Assembly (NCBI GenBank): GCA_963808235.1
Contig: CAWEEQ010000004.1
Location: 2,496,001 to 2,560,000, forward strand
DNA length: 64,000 nt
DNA from: an uncultured delta proteobacterium
GTDB lineage: Bacteria > Desulfobacterota > Binatia > Binatales > Binataceae
Direction: 5' to 3'
Of the stretch, positions 9,848-20,679 are shown piece by piece (the first letter of the stretch is position 1; every line of letters starts with the position of its first letter). The notes beneath the pieces are model-generated. The model saw nothing but the letters and a program-made list of their open reading frames with translations, made no database searches and had not been told where the DNA came from. Both the position numbers and the translations under genes were made by a program.

Positions 9848-10777
9848 CTAATCCGCAAGCCCGTTCTCGCGGATTTGATCGAGTTCCTTCTCATCCAGGC
9901 ATCCGGCTTTGTACAAGTTGAGGAACTCGTGCGAGACGCTCTGACCGAACATCGCCATGTCATCGGTGTTGACGGTCACTCGCACTCCCGCATCAAAGAG
10001 CTTTCGAATTGGATGTGAGGCAAGCGTCTCGACTCTGCCGAGCATAAGGTTGGACGTCGGACAGATGTTGAGCCGGATCCGATTCTCGGCGAGAAAGCGC
10101 ATCACCGCCGGCGACTCCGAGGCCGCAATACCATGCTGCACCTCGTCGAGCTCGAGTTCCTCCACCGCGCGCCATACCGAATCCGCGTCACCCCACTCTC
10201 CCACGTGCGCCTTGAGGCGGAGCCCATATGACTTCGCAAGCTGATAGAGCGGCTTGAAGTTCTCGATCGGCTGCGCGAATTCATCGCCAGAGAGATCCAC
10301 AGTCCGGTAGAAGCGAAGCTCGAGGAACGGCTCCATCCAGCGGCGAATATCCTCGATACGGCAATGACGCGACATCCCGAGTTGCGGAATCCATTCGACG
10401 TCGGGAGCGCCACGTTCGCGTGCCCGCTTGTGGATGTTGGTGACATTCTCCGCGGAACCATCAAGCGTAATCGCCCATACGTCGTCGCCGATTTCGTAAC
10501 GCACCAGCCCGTCTCGAACCGCGCGAACAAACGCCGCCTCGAACAACTGAGGTCTGAGCTTCGGATCGACATTTCCGACATTCTCGCTAGCCCATTCGTG
10601 CATCTCGGCCATCGAGGTAAGCTTGTGCTCCAACGGGGTAATCCTCCTACCGAGGATCGCCGCGACCGAAGCGGGATCGGCGCCGGCCCAGCCATGATTG
10701 TGCAGATCAGCCTTCGGACACTTGCGGATCGCCTCCAGATCTTCGGCTCTCAGAGCCAGCTGAAACGCTTCGCTCAT
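9848..10777 (-). CDS. Adenosine deaminase family protein
   Basis: PKADLHNH, AHVGE, CPTSN, VTVNTDD. Confidence 0.9.
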   Translation of the reverse strand: MSEAFQLALRAEDLEAIRKCPKADLHNHGWAGADPASVAAILGRRITPLEHKLTSMAEMHEWASENVGNVDPKLRPQLFEAAFVRAVRDGLVRYEIGDDVWAITLDGSAENVTNIHKRARERGAPDVEWIPQLGMSRHCRIEDIRRWMEPFLELRFYRTVDLSGDEFAQPIENFKPLYQLAKSYGLRLKAHVGEWGDADSVWRAVEELELDEVQHGIAASESPAVMRFLAENRIRLNICPTSNLMLGRVETLASHPIRKLFDAGVRVTVNTDDMAMFGQSVSHEFLNLYKAGCLDEKELDQIRENGLAD

Positions 10778-11117
10778 GACACTACCTCGGCTCCCGCTTC
10801 CTTTCCCAACTCTATCGGCGCATGACTATGCCACATTTTGCCTTTCGTCGCGCTACCGAATCACGACGCCAGGCGGCCTGTACGCTCACTTGAAAACACG
10901 TTCACTTAAAGAGGTTCCCATGATAACCACTATTCACTTTCAGTTGTGTCACTATAACTGTTCGTCGTCACCTCACTGATAGAGTTTTCCGATGGCATCT
11001 AAGAGTGACGTCGCTAGACAACCGGTTACGCGCTCTCTATCCGAAATGGGGCGCCTCGAATCAGTGCCGCGCGTCGAGTCCGTCGCGAGCGATGTCTTCC
11101 GCGCCGCCGAACGCTCG

Positions 11118-11927
11118 ATGCGCCGGCTGGTTCAAGCTGCGTCTATCATTGCGGCCCTACAACTATTCACCTCGATACCGGCCTTCGGATTCCCTTTCGA
11201 TCCCTCTCTCGATCCCGATCCCCCATTCGTGATCTGCCACAACCAGCCGTACGCGCTATGCGCCGAGGCTAGCTGCTTCGTCTATAACGGTGTGGCCTAT
11301 TGCAAATGTAATAGCTTGAAAGATGACAGCATCAGCCTGCAACTCAGCTACTCGACGCTGGCCGGCGAGCGAAATGTCTGTGATGTGATCCGGCAGGGCA
11401 TTCCCAATGGCTACAAGGTAAGCACCTTCAGCTTTCCTAACGATGTAAGAAAAGGCGGCCCAGCGGCTGTCTATACCTGCCCCGGATCGGGCGACGCAGG
11501 AAATGGGGTCAGCGCGCCGGTTGCCTATGGACAATGCGACGGTGGCATTTGCTTCAAGAGCACTAAGGGCCAGACGTTCCCGGGTTTCGGCCAGCTCAAC
11601 GCCGATGAAATAATTTGCTCATGCCCCATCTCGACTGACGCGACTCCGGGCAGTTCGGACAGCCTCGGCTATCAGATTTTTGGCCCCTACCATCCGAACG
11701 CAACCATAGGTAGCCGATGCGACGCGAGCGCGTGCTCCGCATGTAGCGTCCCCAACCCCACCGCCAACGGAACTATCCTCGTCGTCGGCGCTCCAACCGG
11801 GAGCCCAAGCTTTCTTACCCTGAGACTTGACGGACCCCCAGTCCCGGACATGAACCAGTGTCTATGCACCTGCACCGAGGCGAACAGCAGCACCACCTGC
11901 ACAGTTGGATCAGACACAACCCCTTAG
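11118..11927 (+). CDS. Secreted cysteine-rich hypothetical protein
   Basis: Signal-peptide-like MRRLVQAASIIAALQLFTSIPAFG; 18 Cys; start uncertain (ORF open from 10992). Confidence 0.7.
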   Translation: MRRLVQAASIIAALQLFTSIPAFGFPFDPSLDPDPPFVICHNQPYALCAEASCFVYNGVAYCKCNSLKDDSISLQLSYSTLAGERNVCDVIRQGIPNGYKVSTFSFPNDVRKGGPAAVYTCPGSGDAGNGVSAPVAYGQCDGGICFKSTKGQTFPGFGQLNADEIICSCPISTDATPGSSDSLGYQIFGPYHPNATIGSRCDASACSACSVPNPTANGTILVVGAPTGSPSFLTLRLDGPPVPDMNQCLCTCTEANSSTTCTVGSDTTP

Positions 11928-11965
11928 CAAATCCTTTGAATTAGTTCCTCACGCGCCGGGAGCGA

Positions 11966-12400
11966 TTCCCTCAAGAAGGATTAGAGGTTAGGTTCCCTCT
12001 CCTTGTCCAATAAATCTTTGCAAAACTGGCCGCAGCTTCTTCCCCTCTCCCTGACAGGAGACCTTTGCATAACCGGTCGTAGTCGCCGCGTCCAATTTTG
12101 TCATTCTGAGCGCAACGAAGAATCCCGGATCTTTCTCGGCGTGAAACTCCTCGACTTCGCTTGGGGCGCGCGTAGCCGAGCTGCTCCGAATCCAATCTGC
12201 AGTTACGCAAAGCTCTCCCGACAGGAGACCTTTGCACGACTAGACCACGCTCCATCCCCTCTCCCGATGGGAGAGGATTGAAGGTGAGGGACCTTATTCA
12301 GCGCGCGTTTTTTGAGCGCGATTCAAAGATTCTGCTCTGCTCCGAAGCCTCGCTGAGGCTATGCAAAGCTCTCTTGTCCAAGGAGAGAGTTAGGGAGAGG
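11966..12400. mobile_element. Nested cluster of palindromic repeats and MITE-like units with GAGACCTTTGCA-type ends
   Basis: Left ends 12011 (degenerate), 12058, 12225; right ends 12202-12217, 12358-12373; direct repeats TTGTCCAA (12003-12010, 12374-12381) and CTGACAG/CCGACAG (12051-12057, 12218-12224). Confidence 0.75.
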
Positions 12401-12524
12401 TCTCACGCTCAAACAAGCAGGCCGCTGACAGACTTTCAACCATACGCTCTGTGTAATCGACAGAACTTGATAGCCTTACACCAGCACTTTAGAATCCGCG
12501 CTGCTGGAAGTCTCAAGCTAGTCG

Positions 12525-13199
12525 ATGACCGAACGATCGCCTTCCGCATCCGCGCGCGCTCACGCCTTCGACCGGGTGGGAGCACTCAAATCGCTCGGGC
12601 TCAGCCTGACGATCAACGCGCTCTGCCCCTTTCTGCTCTATCGCGTTTTGGAGTCGCATTTCCCGGCAAACAGCGTGATGCCGCTGCTTTATGCGACCAT
12701 CTTTCCGGTCGTGGGACTGATCCTCAGTCTGATTCGCAAGCGCACGGTAGACGCAATCGCGATCATTGTGATGCTGGGGCTCGCAATCCACATCGTCGTC
12801 ACCCTGCTTGCGCCCACCGTCCGCATCGCGCTCGTTGTCCGCTCGCTCGACGGGGCGCTCATCGGGCTCGCGCTCTGCATCTCCGCGATGATTGGCCGAC
12901 CGATCATTCTCTACGTCGCGAAGCAGATCGTGGCCGGCGGCAGTTCTGAACAGGCGGCGTCACTCAATAGGGTGATAGAGAACGACGGGGCGCGTGCGTT
13001 CTTCACGATCACGATGGTATGGGGCATCTGCCTGATCGCTATGAGCGGATTGCACGTCGTGCTGGCTCTCAAACTGCCGCCCGCGGAGTTCTTGCTCGCT
13101 TCGCCGGTCGTTGGCGTCGTGACCATAGTGGCGCTTCTTGCCTGGACCGGGCGGTACCTGGCGGCGCGCATGCGCACACTGTTGGCGCGCAGCCGATAG
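12525..13199 (+). CDS. Integral membrane protein (VC0807-like)
   Basis: About 6 TM helices; S.MIGRPI motif, ITMVWG. Confidence 0.75.
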   Translation: MTERSPSASARAHAFDRVGALKSLGLSLTINALCPFLLYRVLESHFPANSVMPLLYATIFPVVGLILSLIRKRTVDAIAIIVMLGLAIHIVVTLLAPTVRIALVVRSLDGALIGLALCISAMIGRPIILYVAKQIVAGGSSEQAASLNRVIENDGARAFFTITMVWGICLIAMSGLHVVLALKLPPAEFLLASPVVGVVTIVALLAWTGRYLAARMRTLLARSR

Positions 13200-13296
13200 T
13201 GGACACGGCAACATTAGTCACACGAGCCTTCTCGTACACGAGCTTGGCGCCTCGACGCACAGCTAGCCCGGCGATACAGTTGGGCCACGATCCAGC

Positions 13297-13332
13297 TTGA
13301 CCAGTTAACGAGTTAACCAGTTAACCAGTTAA
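13297..13332. repeat. 8-bp tandem repeat (TTAACCAG) x4.5
   Basis: TTGACCAG TTAACGAG TTAACCAG TTAACCAG TTAA. Confidence 0.85.
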
Positions 13333-13387
13333 AAGAAGTTTCGACGGCTCCTTCCAGAGGCCAAGGAGCCACTCAAGGAGACTACCT

Positions 13388-13789
13388 ATGATCGTGCGCC
13401 GTGCAGAATGCTCATGCGGCCAGCTCTCGGCGGTATGCACGGGCGAGCCGGTGATGGTCTCGGTATGCCATTGCCTGGCCTGCAAACGCAGCACCGGCAG
13501 CGCCTTTGGCTACGGCGCCCATTTCCTGGACGCGCAGGTCAGTGTCGCCGGCCGCGCCACCGAATTCGTCCGCATCGGCGACGACGGCGGCCGCATCACG
13601 CGCAGCTTTTGCCCGAACTGCGGAACGACCGTCTTTAGTCGCAACAGCGGCATCTCCGGCATAGTCTCGGTCGCGGTCGGCAGCTTTGCGGACCCGGCGT
13701 TCCCGTCACCGACTGTGTCGGTCTATCACGAGAGCCGCGGATGCCGATGGCTCGAAATCCGCACCGACCCACTCCAAAAACGCGGCTAA
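13388..13789 (+). CDS. GFA family (CENP-V/glutathione-dependent formaldehyde-activating) protein
   Basis: CSCG..CHCLACKR..FCPNCG; RBS AAGGAG. Confidence 0.9.
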   Translation: MIVRRAECSCGQLSAVCTGEPVMVSVCHCLACKRSTGSAFGYGAHFLDAQVSVAGRATEFVRIGDDGGRITRSFCPNCGTTVFSRNSGISGIVSVAVGSFADPAFPSPTVSVYHESRGCRWLEIRTDPLQKRG

Positions 13790-13837
13790 GGCAAAGCGCA
13801 AATGCGCCCACGTCTTTGTGTCGCGCAATCAAATCAC

Positions 13838-13876
13838 CTGCGCGGTGGGCGGCAGGGGTGACCCCTGCACCCAGTG
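13838..13876 (-). repeat. Repeat A core, inverted copy
   Basis: CTGCGCGGTGGGCGGCAGGGGTGACCCCTGCACCCAGTG is approximately the reverse complement of 13976-14015. Confidence 0.85.
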
Positions 13877-13920
13877 AAGCTGAACGAAAATCTGCGCAGC
13901 GCATATTTTCGAAGGGTTAA

Positions 13921-14025
13921 TCTTTCATGCGGCCGAGAGCAAAAGACCGTCCTCGGGATTTTGCGATTGAGTGGACACTGGGTGCAGGGGTCACCCCTGC
14001 CGCCCCGCGCGCAGCGGTCCGAATC
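13921..14025 (+). repeat. Repeat A copy
   Basis: TCTTTCATGCGGCCGAGAGCAAAA...TTGCGATTGAGTGGACACTGGGTGCAGGGGTCACCCCTGCCGCCCCGCGCGCAGCGGTCCGAATC. Confidence 0.92.
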
Positions 14026-15082
14026 TTGATCGGGGTGATCCTGGTGGCACCGGCGTCACTGCGCCTGATTGATCCCGTACCTCGCCCACTGCCTCACGAA
14101 GCGCCCGGATATAGTCGGCCGTCGCGCGCCGGCTGATACTCGCGTACGGAACCATATTGTCGAAACCGTGAAACGCGCCGGCATAGACGTGCAGCTCGGT
14201 GCGGACCCGCGAATGCATCAGCCGCGTCGCATAGGTGATGCCGTCGTCGCGCAGCAGATCGAGCCCGCCCACCATCAGGTACGACGGCGGCAAACCCGCC
14301 AGATCCTCGGCCAGGATCGGCGCCGCGTATGGTGACGTGTTCGCCTCCGCATCGGGGCCCAGGTAATCGCTTCGATAGAACAGCGCCATGGCGCGATCGA
14401 GCACCATGCCTCCGGCCGCGATCACATGGCTCGACGGTGACTGCATTCGACTGTCGAGACCGGGATAGATAAGTAGCTGCAACGCGAGTGCCGGCCCTTG
14501 GCGGTCTCGCGCCATCAGCGCAACCGCCGCGCCAAGATTGCCGCCGGCGCTGGCGCCCGCGACCGCAATCCGCGCCGGATCGACCTGCCATGCCGGCGCG
14601 TTCGCGGCCGTCCATTCCAACGCCCGGTAGCAATCGTTCACGCCCGCGGGAAAGGGATTCTCCGGCGCCAGCCGGTAGCCAACTGAAACCACCGCGACCC
14701 CCGCCTCATCCGCGATCCGATCGCATCGGCGATCATCCTCGTCGATACTGCCGCCCGACCATCCGCCGCCATGAATCCACAGCACGCAGCCGCGCGATTT
14801 GCCGCCGCGCGCACCGCGGTAAAGACGTACCGGAATCTCTCCCGAGGCGTCGCCGTTTGGAATCATGAAATCCTCGCGGGCTATCCCATCGCGCGGCGGC
14901 ACCTTCGTCATCAACGCAGCCTGGAGTTTCCGCGCCTCGCGAGCATCATGCGGCCATTCCTGGAACATCTTGATAAACGCCGGGTAGACCGCGCGAAGTT
15001 CAGGATCCATCTCCGCCAAATACTCGTCGAGCGTCATAGGCTCGACGGTCGATTCAGCCGGCGGCAAATCGCGGTCCGTCAT
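13991..15082 (-). CDS. Alpha/beta hydrolase, hormone-sensitive-lipase-like esterase
   Basis: HGGG, GASAGG nucleophile, D..RDD, HGF; start set at ATG 15082; stop lies within repeat A. Confidence 0.9.
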   Translation of the reverse strand: MTDRDLPPAESTVEPMTLDEYLAEMDPELRAVYPAFIKMFQEWPHDAREARKLQAALMTKVPPRDGIAREDFMIPNGDASGEIPVRLYRGARGGKSRGCVLWIHGGGWSGGSIDEDDRRCDRIADEAGVAVVSVGYRLAPENPFPAGVNDCYRALEWTAANAPAWQVDPARIAVAGASAGGNLGAAVALMARDRQGPALALQLLIYPGLDSRMQSPSSHVIAAGGMVLDRAMALFYRSDYLGPDAEANTSPYAAPILAEDLAGLPPSYLMVGGLDLLRDDGITYATRLMHSRVRTELHVYAGAFHGFDNMVPYASISRRATADYIRALREAVGEVRDQSGAVTPVPPGSPRSRFGPLRAGRQG

Positions 15083-15186
15083 AGTCTGGTGTCCTTGTCC
15101 TTTCCGACCTTTGCAGAGGTTCGCGTGAAAAGTGAAATTCTCCGTCGTCCCAAGCGAAGCCGAGTTGGCGAATCTAGAAGGATTAA

Positions 15187-15299
15187 TCTTTCCGGCGACC
15201 GAGAGCAAAATGGCGTTCGCGCTCTGTGGGCTGCTTTGCGATTGAATGGACGCTGGGTGCAGGGGTTACCCCTGCCGCCCCGCGCGCAGCGGTCCGAAT
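15187..15299 (+). repeat. Repeat A copy
   Basis: Near-identical to 9725-9837; core GCAGGGGTTACCCCTGC. Confidence 0.92.
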
Positions 15300-15563
15300 T
15301 CCCATTAGCCGGCCTACTTCGCAGGATCGCCACGACAGTTCAGGGCTGAACTGTTCAGCCTTACGCGATTCGTACGCGCAGGCTCATAATGACGCGGAAA
15401 CGAGGCCTTCGCGCCTCCAGAGATGAATCGACAGATGTTTTCCAGAATCCTTTCCGAAATTCCGCGCTTTGCCGCACGCCGCGTCGATGCGGTCTTCAGC
15501 GCCGCGCTCGCACTCTGGATTTTCCTGGCAAGCAACGGCAAGGCGCAGAATTCGACCAAAAAT

Positions 15564-16583
15564 CTACAAATTTCTTCCGACGGCCTCGGCCAGCGGCTTC
15601 AGCGACTTCATCAAGGCCGCGAATCGCGACGGCTTCAGCTGCTGCGGTCCGTCGGAGAGCGCGTGTTCGGGTTTCGGATGCACCTCGATCAGCAATCCGT
15701 CTGCGCCCGCCGCGATCGCTGCCAGGGCCATCGGCGCCACCAGCGAGTACATTCCGGTGCCATGGCTCGGATCGACCAGCACCGGCAGATGCGTCCATTC
15801 CTTGAGCAGCGGCACCGCGTTCAAATCGAGCGTGTTGCGCGTCGCCGTCTCGAAAGTGCGAATCCCGCGCTCGCATAGCACCACGTTGGGATTCCCTTCC
15901 GACAAAATATATTCCGCCGCCATCATGAACTCTTCGAGCTTGGTCGACATCCCGCGCTTGAGCAGCACCGGCTTCTTGATTCTTCCGAGCCGCCGCAGCA
16001 GCGAGAAATTCTGCGCATTGCGCGCGCCGACCTGCAGCATGTCCGAATGCTCGATCACGAGATCGATATCGTGCGGATCCATTATCTCGGTGACCACCGG
16101 CAAGCCGACCCGGCGCCCGGCGTGTTCGAGCATCTTCAACCCTTCGCCTTCCAACCCCTGGAACGCGTACGGCGAGGTGCGCGGCTTGAACGCTCCGCCG
16201 CGCAACATGTGAGCGCCCGCCTCTTTGACCGCGTCAGCCGCGGCCTCGACTTGCTCTTCGCTCTCGACCGCGCACGGTCCCGCCGCGACCACAATTCGCT
16301 TGCCGCCGATCTCGACGTTGCCGACTTTGATTCGCGATCCTTCCGGGCGCACCTCGCGCGACGCGAGCTTGAACGATCGCACCACCGGCATCACCCGCTC
16401 GACGCCCGCGACCGACTCCAGATGCGTCAGCTGATGCTTTTCGCCACGCTCGTCGCCGACGCAGGCGACCACCGTGCGCTCGACTCCGCGGATTATGTGC
16501 GCGTTGTAGTCTAGATCCTCGACCATCTTGACGACGGTCTGAATCTCGGCCTCGCTGGCATGCGCTTTCATTACGACGATCAA
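15564..16583 (-). CDS. aroF: 3-deoxy-7-phosphoheptulonate (DAHP) synthase, type I-beta with N-terminal regulatory domain
   Basis: AGPCAVE, RGGAFKPRTSPY, LLKRG, CERGIRTFE, DPSHG. Confidence 0.95.
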   Translation of the reverse strand: MIVVMKAHASEAEIQTVVKMVEDLDYNAHIIRGVERTVVACVGDERGEKHQLTHLESVAGVERVMPVVRSFKLASREVRPEGSRIKVGNVEIGGKRIVVAAGPCAVESEEQVEAAADAVKEAGAHMLRGGAFKPRTSPYAFQGLEGEGLKMLEHAGRRVGLPVVTEIMDPHDIDLVIEHSDMLQVGARNAQNFSLLRRLGRIKKPVLLKRGMSTKLEEFMMAAEYILSEGNPNVVLCERGIRTFETATRNTLDLNAVPLLKEWTHLPVLVDPSHGTGMYSLVAPMALAAIAAGADGLLIEVHPKPEHALSDGPQQLKPSRFAALMKSLKPLAEAVGRNL

Positions 16584-16681
16584 GTTCCGCGAACCTCCTG
16601 CAACAACGATGGAACCAACGCTCGAAGTCTAGTAAATCTGACTCTACAGGATGTCATCCTCGACCGGAACTGGAGCCCAAT

Positions 16682-17433
16682 TTGCCCGCCAAACCGCATC
16701 GTCCGCTGCACATCATTCATACTTCCGATGTCCATCTCGAAACCGACACCTTCGGTTCCGGCGAGCGCGGCGTGCAGTTGCGCGACAAGGTCCGCAATTC
16801 GTTCGGCCGCGTGATCGATATCGCCAATGATCGCGAGGCCGACATGCTCCTGATCGTCGGCGACCTGTTCGATTCCGCACGCGTCACCGAAGAAGGCCTG
16901 GCCTTCGCATTCGGCACTATCGCGCGCGCCCGGATGCCAGTGGTGATGATCCCGGCAATCACGACGCGCACGACGAGCGATCGATCTACGCGGGACTCGC
17001 TCCGGGCGCGCTTCCGGAAAATCTGCATCTGATCCTCGAGCCCGACGGAAGGACGATCCATTTTCCCGATCTCGCGACCCGGGTATGGGGCCGCGCGATC
17101 GTCGAGCATACTCCGGACTATAGGCCGCTCGGCGGCGTTCCCGAGCCCGACGACGGCCTTTGGAACATCGCGCTCGCACACGGATTCTTCATGGAAGAAG
17201 GCGAGATGGAACGCTCGTCGCCGATTACGCCGGCCGAGATCGAGCGCTCCCGCTACGACTATATCGCGCTTGGCCACGTGCATGTTTTCAGCGACGTGTC
17301 GCAAGGCTCGACCCGCGCCTTTTACTGCGGCACTCCGGCGCCGCTCTATTCGAGCGAGAATTCGGGATGGGTCCTGTCGGTGAACTTCGTGCCCGGCGAG
17401 CCCGTTAAGATCGAGCGCTTGATGGTCGGATAG
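16682..17433 (+). CDS. Calcineurin-like metallophosphoesterase (SbcD/Mre11-like), frameshifted at about 16952
   Basis: HTSDVH, VGDLFD, then IPGNHD restored by adding one base; AHG, YIALGHVH in the second frame. Confidence 0.8.
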
Positions 17434-17436
17434 AAG

Positions 17437-17853
17437 TCAGCGGCCCGACGCGGCCTCGTCGGTGCGCCGGAGCTCAGGATAGATCGACGCCAGACGCCGC
17501 CACATCCGCTCGAGCCCGTAGCTGTCGAATGGCTCCACGATACACTCGAGCGCGCCCTCATTGAGGAATATTCGCTGATTGTCCGGCTGCTGCGATGCGC
17601 CGACGACCACCACCGACGTCGCGGGCGACTCCTTGCGAATCGCCCTGAACAACGTCAACGCGTTAACACTGTTGCTGCCGCGCAGACCGACGTCGAGTGT
17701 AACGATGTGGGGCCGAGTGGTGCGGAACAGATCCATGGTCTGACCGACGGTCTCGGTCTCGGCCACGATTTGGCATCCTCCGCACTCGAGATGATTGCGA
17801 ATGATGTCCCGCGTGATCATCGAGCTATCTGCAATCAGCACCCGCACTGCCAT
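17437..17853 (-). CDS. Stand-alone response regulator receiver domain (atypical)
   Basis: RVLIADSS..PHIVTLDV..GALECIVEPF; CheY fold. Confidence 0.8.
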   Translation of the reverse strand: MAVRVLIADSSMITRDIIRNHLECGGCQIVAETETVGQTMDLFRTTRPHIVTLDVGLRGSNSVNALTLFRAIRKESPATSVVVVGASQQPDNQRIFLNEGALECIVEPFDSYGLERMWRRLASIYPELRRTDEAASGR

Positions 17854-17929
17854 TGTCGGCTCCTCCCGGACGCACGCGTCCCGATCGCGACTCTCGATTT
17901 GTTCATCGCGGCAACCCAGTTGAAGAAGT

Positions 17930-17945
17930 AGCAAGGGCGGGGCCA
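17930..17945 (-). promoter_or_regulatory. Putative sigma54 (-24/-12) promoter of the receiver gene
   Basis: TGGCCC-CGCCC-TTGCT vs consensus TGGCAC-N5-TTGCW. Confidence 0.55.
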
Positions 17946-18470
17946 AGAAGTGTGAGCATCGGACGCAACGGTCAATTCTCGTCAGTCCAATCCGATTGTT
18001 TGGTGCTTTCTGCGGATCCGGGTCGCAACCATTTGTTCCCGAGTCTGGCATCTTCGGGCGAGCACCGAGGCTCATCCCCGGCTGGGTCTCGCACGACGTT
18101 TTGCTGTGGATAACTACCATCACAGCGAATTCTGGCCGAATTTGCTTAATAATCTGGCGCCGATAGGAGCGCTTAAAGCCGCGCCTTCAATAGCGCTCAG
18201 ATCTCTTCGACAGTGTCACAGGCATGGCGATCGTAGATTGGGCCGGCGCGGCAGCATGCAATCAGAGACTGTTGATAACCGATCAGCTTGGCTTTTTGAC
18301 CACTCTTAAGCGGTCGCGATGCGGCATCTTGCAGTTCCCGTCATCGTTGCAGGCAAGCGATTTGTAGCATTGCAGTGACATGCATCAAGGCTCGTCGCAA
18401 GCATTCAAGACACACTTTGTAGTGCCAATTCTGGTCTGACGAAGGTCGTAAATCGGAGCGGCCGAGACGC

Positions 18471-18503
18471 AAAAAAGCGGCGGAGTCGTGATGACTCCGC
18501 CGC
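18471..18503 (-). terminator. Intrinsic terminator of groESL
   Basis: 11-bp stem GCGGCGGAGTC/GACTCCGCCGC then T6 on the minus strand. Confidence 0.85.
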
Positions 18504-18556
18504 CGATTGTAACTGTCAGTCACAGGTGGATGACCACCTGTTGCGCCGAGCGGTGG

Positions 18557-20233
<1,677 letters not shown>

Positions 20234-20272
20234 TCAATAATGAGGGAATTTGCTCGGGACCAGGCCCGTCGC

Positions 20273-20563
20273 TTACTCGAGGATTCCCAGGATGTCGTCC
20301 TCGCGCATGATCACGTGCTCTTCGCCGTCGAGCTTGATCTCGCTGCCCGAGTATTTGCCGAACAGGATCTTATCGCCGGCCTTCACCTCGATCGGGATAA
20401 GCTTGCCGTCTTCGCTGTACTTGCCTTTGCCGACGGCGACAACCTTGCCTTCCTGCGGCTTTTCCTTCGCGGTGTCGGGGATGATAATTCCACCCTTGGT
20501 CCGCTCTTCTTCCTTGATACGCTTGATCAGAATTCGATCGCCCAGCGGTCTAAATCCTTTCAT
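20273..20563 (-). CDS. groS: Co-chaperonin GroES
   Basis: [21 protein letters not shown]; ATG at 20563. Confidence 0.98.
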   Translation of the reverse strand: MKGFRPLGDRILIKRIKEEERTKGGIIIPDTAKEKPQEGKVVAVGKGKYSEDGKLIPIEVKAGDKILFGKYSGSEIKLDGEEHVIMREDDILGILE

Positions 20564-20652
20564 TGGGGATCCGTAGCCTCCTCGCTTGCGTGATTGTGGT
20601 GGCCGGACGATTCCAGCCATTGGGAAAGTAGTAACTATCCGGTTTTTGTCAA

Positions 20653-20679
20653 TTGGCACTCAGCACTATCGAGTGCCAA
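20653..20679. promoter_or_regulatory. CIRCE element (HrcA operator)
   Basis: TTGGCACTC-N9-GAGTGCCAA, a perfect inverted repeat upstream of groES. Confidence 0.93.

Noticed and set aside
12003-12949. ORFs 12003-12281, 12278-12949 and others translating through the repeats (9694, 13927, 15226)
   Set aside because: They read through repeat DNA; shared peptides such as EWTLGAGVTPAAPRAAVRI just reflect repeat A, with no RBS support.
5133-15299. Repeat A as a CRISPR array
   Set aside because: Copies are kilobases apart, in both orientations, longer than CRISPR repeats, and no cas genes are present.
8552-15330. Integron cassette array
   Set aside because: Genes lie in mixed orientation; no RYYYAAC...GTTRRRY attC structure recognised; no integrase.
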